From Sumerlaeia bacterium (GTDB lineage: Bacteria > Sumerlaeota > Sumerlaeia > SLMS01 > JAHLLQ01): a stretch of 64,000 nt of DNA. Numbering within the stretch: position 1 is the stretch's first letter; every line of letters starts with the position of its first letter. Of the stretch, positions 57,124 through 64,000 are shown piece by piece. The stretch spans positions 1 through 64,000 of the forward strand of contig JAVJSW010000031.1 in NCBI GenBank assembly GCA_040219255.1, written 5' to 3'. Below the pieces are notes generated by a model. That model ran no database searches. It was given only the letters and a program-made list of their open reading frames with translations, and was not told the origin of the DNA. Both the position numbers and the translations under genes were made by a program.

Positions 57124-60100
57124 TCATTGCCTTTCAAAGGCGAGGGGCTTGGACACCGTCAGGCCACCGGGGGCCTGCGGTGATGGGAAGGTAAAGGCAA
57201 GGGGCCGCGACACCAGCAATCCGGAGGGTGCGCCGGGAGACGGGAAGGAGAATGCGAGGGGTTTGGAAACCAGCAGGCCGCCGGGAGCCGAGGGCGCAGG
57301 AAAGCTGAAGCCGATGGGACGGGACGCGAGGAGGCCGCCCGGCGCGCTGGGAGCCGGGAAGGTGAACCCAACGGGGTTGGAAACAACAAAGCGGCTGTCG
57401 AGGACAGTGAGGGTCGCCTCGGGCCGGAAGCCGGGGTACTGAGGCAACTCGGCCTGGACTCGGACGCGGTAGGCGGCGGGCGCGCCGACGTCGAGAGGCG
57501 CCGTGTCGAACAACCCGCCAGGGGTGATGGAGCCGGTGACGGCCGGGTTGCCGCCCTCGATGCCGTTGATGAGCCAGGCGACTCGATCGGTGACGTCGTT
57601 GCCGAGGAGTGTGGCGGAAAATTGAAGGGTTTCGCCAAGGCCAAGGGTGGCTTTGGCGGGGGAAAGGACGAAGGCCTGATCCGCATCCACGACGGAAATC
57701 GCGACCGAGTCGGTGCCGAGGTTTCCGCCCGGATCGACGGCGGTGGCTGTGATGGTTTGCGTACCGGTGGTCGGGGCGAGGGTCACGATGCCGGATGCCA
57801 TGCCGCCGGGCAGGCCTTCCTCGGATTGGCCATCCACCGTGAGTTCCACGCCGAGCACGGCCACATCGTCCGACGATGTGACATCGACGCGGATCGGGCG
57901 ACCCGCAAAGCCAATGGTGTCGGCGGTGGGCGAGAGAATCTCGACCATCGGATCGATGCCGTTCTCATCGGTCAGGCTGCTGGCGAGGGTGACATCGCCG
58001 ATGTCCACCAACACGTCGAAATCGACTGTGCTGAAGGGCGTGAAGGGGAAGACCTGGTCTTCGACGGAGCCGTTCGCCTGGCCCGTTTGCAGTCCGTCGC
58101 CAGCTTCGGCATCCACGGCGTAAACGCGGCCTTCGAGGATAGCGTTACGGGGCGGGCCATTGTCGATGGTCAGGCGGGTGTCGATGAAATGGACGAATCC
58201 GCCATCGGGGCCCGAGACGGTGGCCAGAGGCGAGCCGCTGCCCTGGAGGGTAATGTAGGTGCCGGGGAGGCCGCCCTGGGCGGCGATTTCCCGCTCGTTG
58301 GTGTCGTCGATCAAGTCGCTGGCGGCCTTTATCCGCTCGACCAGCACCGGGGTCATCATGGCCGATTCGGCGATGGCGTCGAAGCCATTGAACACTTCGT
58401 CCTGGCGGTTGATGAGGGCCCGCTCTTCTTCGAGGATGGCGACGAAGCGCTCGGCGAAATCGAGTTGTTCGTCAACGCTCTGAGGGTGGCCCGGTTCGAG
58501 GAGGACGGCCATGTCGAAGAGGAGCTGGGCGAAACGCTGATCGTTGTCGATGGCCGACTCGGAGAAATCCTTCAGTGTGTTCAAGCGGGTAAGGATATCG
58601 CCGGTGCTCTGCTGGAATTGCAGGTATTCGGGGAAGACGCTCTTGCCGTCGAGCGAACCATCGGCGAGACCGACGTTGTGGCGATAGCAATCGGCGAGGC
58701 GTTTGAAAACCCGCAGACGGATGTCGTAAGCGTCCTGGAGCGCGTCGGCGACTGCGGGTTCGGTGAAGATGGTGGTGACCGAGGTGATGAGCTGGCCGAC
58801 GCGGAAGCCGAGGGCCGCGCAGTTGTAGACGTTGTCGAGTTCCTTGAGTTTGCCCTGGTACTCCTTGAGTTTGTCCACTTTGCCGACGATGTCGCGGAAT
58901 TCGTCGAGGGCGACGGTTTCGGCGCGAGCGCGCAGGCGCGTTTCCGCGTGTTCGAGGGCCTTGGCGGTGAGGGCGGATGCCGTTTCCTGAAGCGGGGGAC
59001 TGGACTGCCCCAGCGCGGTTTGGATCAGGCCGACGTCACCAAGCGTTCCGGCGACTCCCTCGATGCGGTCGAGGGCTTTGCTGGCGGGGACGAAGTTTTT
59101 CAAACAGCCGTAGAGTTTTCCGTTGAGCAAGGTTGGGACGGCGACTTTGCCACCGCCGGGAGTCGGGACATCGGTGAGTCCCGCGATGTCCGAGACGGCA
59201 TTGATGCGGGTGTCTTCCGCTTCGGCGACGCGGTTGGCGCTGGCTGTCATGTCGCGCGAGATTTCCTGCAAATCGTTCTGCGCGGCGATCAGGCGTTCGA
59301 TGACCTGGGTGGCGGAGAGCGAACCGCACTTGGCGCGGCCTTTGACCGGAACGACCGCTGAGGCCGCGCAGCAGTAGAAGGTGACGCGGGTTTTGGGATC
59401 GCCGCCGGCTTGCTTCTGGGCCTCGATTCGGTCGAGGAGTGCCTTGGCGGCCGGGATCGCTGCGACTTGCTTCAAGGTTTCATTGTTGAAAACCGGCAAA
59501 TCGGTATTGAATGTCCCGGGAAAGGAATCGTCGGCGATGGGTTCAATGGGGACGATGCGGCCCGCGTGGGGGCCGTCCTCAGCGACCTTGGCGCGGGCGG
59601 CGAGGGAGAGTTCAGGATGGCCGTCGCCATCGCCGTCGGGGACGATCTGGAAAATCCAGAGCGGCATGGCGTTGGTGGCGCCGGCTTCGTTTTCGAGAGA
59701 AATGGCGGGGCGATTGGCGAAGAGCGGTTCGGGCGCGGCACCGATGACTCCGGCTGTTTCGTCTTCCTGGCCTTCCACCGCGATCATCATGGCGCTGGGC
59801 AGGATGATGACACCGTCCGTAAGGCCGCTGCCGGACGAGGCGACCACGCCTTCGGCTCCAGGACCCAGGAGCGCGCGAACCTCCGAATTCGTTGCGGCCG
59901 CCAATGTTGCGGTTTCACCGCGCCGGCAAAGGGCCCCAGCGGGCAAATCGATGCGGGCGGCCTGCATTTCCAGGGTTTGCGGCGGAGAGACGAACAGCTC
60001 GATCTCCGTGCGGTCGGTGGCTGAATTTCCGGCCGCGTCGCGGGCAGTCGCCACCAGCGAACGGGTTCCGCCGGCGTCGAGCGTGAATGGAACCGTGCCT

Positions 60101-60768
60101 TGGAAAGTGCCATCAGCGTTGGTGTTCATGAGAACGCCGTTGACTTCGACGGCGGCGGGGGTGTCGCCATCGAGGGCTTGGCCCCGAACGGGAACGGCTA
60201 GGGTGGTGATGAGGGCGTCCTCATTCGGCGAGTCGATCACCACCATGGGGGGCGAACTGTCGCGGCGCACCTCGACTTCGCGCAGGACGGAATTGCCGGC
60301 GGAGTCCTCAAGCGTCAGCGTAAAGAGGTTCAGTCCCTCCGCGAGGGTCAAAGAGGCCGTCCCGGTGCCGGAATTCGTGCCGGAGAAAAGAACGGTGTCC
60401 CCCTCGAGAACCATGAAATCCCCGGCGGCGCCCTGGACGGTGATTTCGTAGGAAAGGGTGGCCTCTCGGGTGACGAAGACGGAGCCGGTCAGGTTTTCAC
60501 TGAGGCCGAGAAAGGGCGGGAGCGCGGCGCCCTCCGTGACGATGCGGGAGAGCAGCAGCAGGTCGCGGTCATCGAGAAGACCAGTACGGTCGGCGTCGTA
60601 TTCCGGGTGTTCGACCGGATCCCACTGGCCAATGGCGCCGCGGACAGTGACGACGTCGGAGACGTCGAACAGGCCGTCGGCGGAGGGGTCGGGGTTGGGC
60701 GTGGCATTCCCCGCGAGAGCATGAACTCCCGCGCTCATGGCGAAGAATAGAGTTGGGACGAGTCGCAT
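57124..60768 (-). CDS. large secreted protein: dockerin/EF-hand-like N-terminus, Ig-like domains, helical core, C-terminal 19-aa repeats
   Basis: DPSADGLFDVSD / DADRTGLLDDRD, ATARDAAGN, TATAVDPGGN and terminal repeats. Confidence 0.8.
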   Translation of the reverse strand: MRLVPTLFFAMSAGVHALAGNATPNPDPSADGLFDVSDVVTVRGAIGQWDPVEHPEYDADRTGLLDDRDLLLLSRIVTEGAALPPFLGLSENLTGSVFVTREATLSYEITVQGAAGDFMVLEGDTVLFSGTNSGTGTASLTLAEGLNLFTLTLEDSAGNSVLREVEVRRDSSPPMVVIDSPNEDALITTLAVPVRGQALDGDTPAAVEVNGVLMNTNADGTFQGTVPFTLDAGGTRSLVATARDAAGNSATDRTEIELFVSPPQTLEMQAARIDLPAGALCRRGETATLAAATNSEVRALLGPGAEGVVASSGSGLTDGVIILPSAMMIAVEGQEDETAGVIGAAPEPLFANRPAISLENEAGATNAMPLWIFQIVPDGDGDGHPELSLAARAKVAEDGPHAGRIVPIEPIADDSFPGTFNTDLPVFNNETLKQVAAIPAAKALLDRIEAQKQAGGDPKTRVTFYCCAASAVVPVKGRAKCGSLSATQVIERLIAAQNDLQEISRDMTASANRVAEAEDTRINAVSDIAGLTDVPTPGGGKVAVPTLLNGKLYGCLKNFVPASKALDRIEGVAGTLGDVGLIQTALGQSSPPLQETASALTAKALEHAETRLRARAETVALDEFRDIVGKVDKLKEYQGKLKELDNVYNCAALGFRVGQLITSVTTIFTEPAVADALQDAYDIRLRVFKRLADCYRHNVGLADGSLDGKSVFPEYLQFQQSTGDILTRLNTLKDFSESAIDNDQRFAQLLFDMAVLLEPGHPQSVDEQLDFAERFVAILEEERALINRQDEVFNGFDAIAESAMMTPVLVERIKAASDLIDDTNEREIAAQGGLPGTYITLQGSGSPLATVSGPDGGFVHFIDTRLTIDNGPPRNAILEGRVYAVDAEAGDGLQTGQANGSVEDQVFPFTPFSTVDFDVLVDIGDVTLASSLTDENGIDPMVEILSPTADTIGFAGRPIRVDVTSSDDVAVLGVELTVDGQSEEGLPGGMASGIVTLAPTTGTQTITATAVDPGGNLGTDSVAISVVDADQAFVLSPAKATLGLGETLQFSATLLGNDVTDRVAWLINGIEGGNPAVTGSITPGGLFDTAPLDVGAPAAYRVRVQAELPQYPGFRPEATLTVLDSRFVVSNPVGFTFPAPSAPGGLLASRPIGFSFPAPSAPGGLLVSKPLAFSFPSPGAPSGLLVSRPLAFTFPSPQAPGGLTVSKPLAFERQ
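57127..57387 (-). repeat. 57-bp (19-aa) tandem repeat, 4 full copies + 1 partial
   Basis: VVSNPVGFTFPAPSAPGGL / LASRPIGFSFPAPSAPGGL / LVSKPLAFSFPSPGAPSGL / LVSRPLAFTFPSPQAPGGL / TVSKPLAFERQ. Confidence 0.92.
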
Positions 60769-60961
60769 AATTTCGACCGGTCTACGGTGAGGATGGCGAG
60801 TAGATCGTGGACTGGTCGAACGTTGTCAAGCAAGAAAAAGGGTTGAAAACGTTAGATATGGGAGCAAGCGCCAAAGTCAGGTTGGCAATTCAAGTCGTCA
60901 AGGGCCTGTCTGACAACGGTGATGATCGTAGAAAGTCGTCACCGTTGCCTATTCAGTAGAC

Positions 60962-63900
60962 CTAGTTGAGATTCTGGTAGACCAGAAGATCACGCCTAGG
61001 CTGAAACGTTGACTGAATGCTCACCCCGACGACAGCTATATCTGCCTCACCAGTGCCGTTCAGGTTTGCAATTGTCAAGGCAGAGCTGCGTGGTCCGCTG
61101 CCTTCCATGGGCCCATCAGAGTAGAAGGCTTGGGTTCCAAAAGTGCCATCGCCGTTTCCATTCAAGACAGTGAGTGTGCTGCCAACTCCTGCAAAGGCCA
61201 AATCCGGGAACGTATCACCGTTCAAATCTTCAATTGCAATGTCGAGTGCAAAATATGAGGAATCTAAGAACATTTCGCTGCCAATGCTGAAACCTCCAGT
61301 GCCATCACCAAGTAGGCAGAAAAAAGAGCTGTCAAGGAAGGAAAAGTAGACGAGATCTGGATTGGAGTCAGCGTTGACATCGGCAAGTGCGATTGACCGA
61401 GGGGGAGCTGGCAAATCGATCGTGGTTGGCGAATTAAACCCACCACTTGCATCAGCAAGGAAGACACTCAGCTTGCCCTGAGAGGAAACGGCACTTGCAA
61501 GAACGATATCTGTCCTCGAGTCGCCATTGAGATCGCCAAGTTCCAGGTACTCGAAATCGTATCCCAGGAGACTATTATCCAACAATAGGCTGTCAGAAAA
61601 TGTTCCGTCGCCATTGCCGGACTTCACATACAGTTCATCGTGACGCGCACTGAATACGACAATATCCAGGATGTTGTCACCATTCAAATGACCGACCTCA
61701 AACTCTGGCTGGTCGGTGAAATGACCACTGTCGTAGCTGCCGACAAAAATCGAAGAGTTAAAGCTTCCATCCCCATTGCCCAGAAGGACCGACAAGTCGC
61801 CATCGGTCGAGACTATCAGGTCCAGATTGGTATCGTTATCAAGGTCGGCGGTTTCGATATAGTCAGCACTTCCATACTTGGCGAAATAGTCAACGGGAGT
61901 ACCGAACGTGCCGTCGCCCGCATTGAGAAGAATCCAAACCTTGGAGAACTCGGCAACGGCCAAATCGACGTCGCCATCCTTATCAAAATCGCCGCTAGCG
62001 ACGTCATAGGCATCATAGTTACCTAGATTTAGATTATAGGCGTCGGGATAATCAAATTCGGGAGCCTGAATGGCTGGGTCCACGCAGAGTTCGACTCCGT
62101 AAATGACGCTAGTTGCTGATCCGATGGTATAGTCTGAGCCTGTGCTGACGTAGCCCCCCAGAAGATACACAGGGATTGTTGCAAGGGGACTCGGTGGGTT
62201 TGCTGCTGTATCGTAGAAGTAGCGGACGTTCTGAGTGGATTCCCAGTACATACCAACGGCATAGGTCTTATTGACACTGAGATCAATACTGAGAGGGCCC
62301 GTGTCAGCCAATTGGCGGGTCACATCCGATATCGTCCGATTCTGAGACCACACTTCGGTCCAGCCGCCACCGGCTACTTGCACGAGGACAAACAGAGTGA
62401 CATCGGCGGAGCCGTCAAGCGGCACACAATCGAAGCCAAATGAGGTCAATGTCGTGGGCTGGGTCACGTTAAACGTCGCACCTCGCGCGGTGTTGGTATC
62501 AACAGTGGCCTTTGTAGAGGCCGCGATCAGTTCACAAGTGGCAGACGGCGCAGGCGTCGGCGTCGGCGTCGGCGTAGGCGTAGGAGTCGGTGTGGGTGTA
62601 GGAGTGGGAGTCGGCGTTGGAGTCGGAGTTGGAGTAGGTGTCGGCGAGCCTGACTCCAGAGCGTGCAGGCACACGTCCACCCCATAAATCGAAGTGGGAG
62701 CGTTGGAGCCAGGTCCTAGAAATCCGCCTTCGATCGTTCCGTCGGCGGTTGTGAAAGCAACGGGTGCGGCGTCGAATTCGCGATAGACTCCGGCTGTCGT
62801 TCCCGAAGCCCGGAAGCTGGCGGCGTAGAGGACACCAGATTTGAGGATGAGATTGATGGGGTCGGAAACGACGGTTGGGCCGAGATCGCCGACATATTGA
62901 CGGCTGTATGTGTTGAGCACTTGCCAACCAGAACCGGGCACGAACTGCCAGAGTTCGAGGTAGGCGGTCCAGGGAAGAGCATCGGAAGGCGAATCGGCGC
63001 TGACACGGCTCTGAATTCGGCTAATGGCGTAATCCTGATTGAGGCGGAAGGTGATTCCTCGGTACTCGCCGGGCGGACGCCGGTCGAAACCGAGCCCGGT
63101 ATCGACAGGCGTGTCTTCGCAGATCTCCGTCTGATTCACGCCCGTGAGTTGGGCGGAGATAGCCACGGCCTGCGGAGAATTGGACGCCGTAGCGTCCGTG
63201 ACAGACACGGATGACGTGTGCGTCCCGGAGGTCAGGCCTGAAGCATCGAAAGTGACCGCTATCTGTTGCGATTCCCCGATGCGGAGCTTTCCGCTGGCTG
63301 GAGATAGCATGACCCAAGCGTCGGCCGGCGTCGCCGTGAAGTTCAGCGGCAATCCAGCCCCGGTGTTTGTGATGGTGAAGGTCTTGGCGACGATGCCTGT
63401 GGAAGTCGTAATGCCTTCCACATTGAGCATTGTCGAATTTAGCCCGATAACCGGCGGATTAGACCACGCAGAGGAGTCGAAGCAGGCTTCAAAACTGTAG
63501 GACGTGGTCGTCTCGACCAGGTCGCTGCCAGAGGTGAAGGTGGCGACACCGCCGGTGAAGGAACCGGGCGCTGTGGTGAAATCGACGGGGAAAGCGGTGC
63601 CGGATTTGTAGAAGTACCGAACCTGCTGGTCGCCTGGCCAGGAGACTAGCAGAGCATATTTCTGACCTGGAACAAGAGGTTGGGAAATAGGCCCGGAGTT
63701 GTAGAACAACCGCCCGCCAGCTGTCTCAACGCGGGAAGTCGTCCAAAGGACTGGGTCGAGCGCCCCGTCTTCCACCTGAACCAGTGTGTAGGTCAATTCG
63801 GTGTTGCCTTCAAGGAGAACCAGTTCAGGAGAAAACGAGGTCAGCGTGGTCGGGGCATCAGCCAGGAACACGATTCCGCGGGTGAGTCCCGCATCGTTTG

Positions 63901-64000
63901 TTTTGAGTTCGCTGGGGGAAACTTCGCAAACCTCCGGTCCAGGAGTTGGAGTGGGCGTAGGTGTAGGAGTCGGTGTCGGTGTGGGAGTAGGTGTAGGCGT
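60962..64000 (-). CDS. large surface protein (5' end outside window): PT linkers, repeated beta-sandwich domains, BACON-like domain, FG-GAP/VCBS repeats
   Basis: Frame is open to 64000; GDFDKDGDVDLAV, ADLDNDTNLDL, GDLNGDSRTD, LNGNGDGTF; TFTITNTG..W..SPASG. Confidence 0.88.
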   Translation of the reverse strand, partial: TPTPTPTPTPTPTPTPTPTPGPEVCEVSPSELKTNDAGLTRGIVFLADAPTTLTSFSPELVLLEGNTELTYTLVQVEDGALDPVLWTTSRVETAGGRLFYNSGPISQPLVPGQKYALLVSWPGDQQVRYFYKSGTAFPVDFTTAPGSFTGGVATFTSGSDLVETTTSYSFEACFDSSAWSNPPVIGLNSTMLNVEGITTSTGIVAKTFTITNTGAGLPLNFTATPADAWVMLSPASGKLRIGESQQIAVTFDASGLTSGTHTSSVSVTDATASNSPQAVAISAQLTGVNQTEICEDTPVDTGLGFDRRPPGEYRGITFRLNQDYAISRIQSRVSADSPSDALPWTAYLELWQFVPGSGWQVLNTYSRQYVGDLGPTVVSDPINLILKSGVLYAASFRASGTTAGVYREFDAAPVAFTTADGTIEGGFLGPGSNAPTSIYGVDVCLHALESGSPTPTPTPTPTPTPTPTPTPTPTPTPTPTPTPAPSATCELIAASTKATVDTNTARGATFNVTQPTTLTSFGFDCVPLDGSADVTLFVLVQVAGGGWTEVWSQNRTISDVTRQLADTGPLSIDLSVNKTYAVGMYWESTQNVRYFYDTAANPPSPLATIPVYLLGGYVSTGSDYTIGSATSVIYGVELCVDPAIQAPEFDYPDAYNLNLGNYDAYDVASGDFDKDGDVDLAVAEFSKVWILLNAGDGTFGTPVDYFAKYGSADYIETADLDNDTNLDLIVSTDGDLSVLLGNGDGSFNSSIFVGSYDSGHFTDQPEFEVGHLNGDNILDIVVFSARHDELYVKSGNGDGTFSDSLLLDNSLLGYDFEYLELGDLNGDSRTDIVLASAVSSQGKLSVFLADASGGFNSPTTIDLPAPPRSIALADVNADSNPDLVYFSFLDSSFFCLLGDGTGGFSIGSEMFLDSSYFALDIAIEDLNGDTFPDLAFAGVGSTLTVLNGNGDGTFGTQAFYSDGPMEGSGPRSSALTIANLNGTGEADIAVVGVSIQSTFQPRRDLLVYQNLN
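62552..62645 (-). repeat. Pro-Thr linker repeat
   Basis: (PT)n tract. A second tract lies at 63941-64000. Confidence 0.9.

Overview
GC-rich bacterial window with two halves. The pilin N-terminus (FTLIELLIVVAIIAILAAIAVPNFxEAQTRSKVSR) and Pro-Thr-linker exoproteins suggest Ca. Sumerlaeota/BRC1, but that is an inference. (1) 1-~21.5 kb is a tandem array of related integrative elements delimited by duplicated tRNA(Leu-type) 3'-end att sites (10073-10100, 21219-21246). The shared backbone is att - tyrosine integrase - truncated serine recombinase - cargo - Xis-like gene - att. Element 1 carries an RPP-ending uORF, czcCBA-like genes, an SDR and czcD. Element 2 carries an InrS/NreA-type repressor, an MFS exporter, a His-rich lipoprotein and a second TolC/MFP/RND pump. 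A third element survives only as an integrase C-terminal remnant. IS481, IS21 and IS66 scars are present. (2) ~21.5-64 kb is chromosomal: 2H phosphoesterase, bacilliredoxin, ubiE/menG, a secreted PHP-fold protein lacking its metal ligands, Crp/Fnr, two GT-C glycosyltransferases, kdsC, a permuted TrxB-like/polyferredoxin fusion, mreCD, GT1, a RapA/DpdE-like SNF2 helicase, EAL, wbpE/B/D-like genes interleaved with pilin genes, tilS, an NtrC-type regulator, GNAT, gdh, tusA-moeB, deaD, and a cluster of large uncharacterised secreted repeat proteins that runs off the right edge. No intact tRNA, rRNA or CRISPR array was seen.
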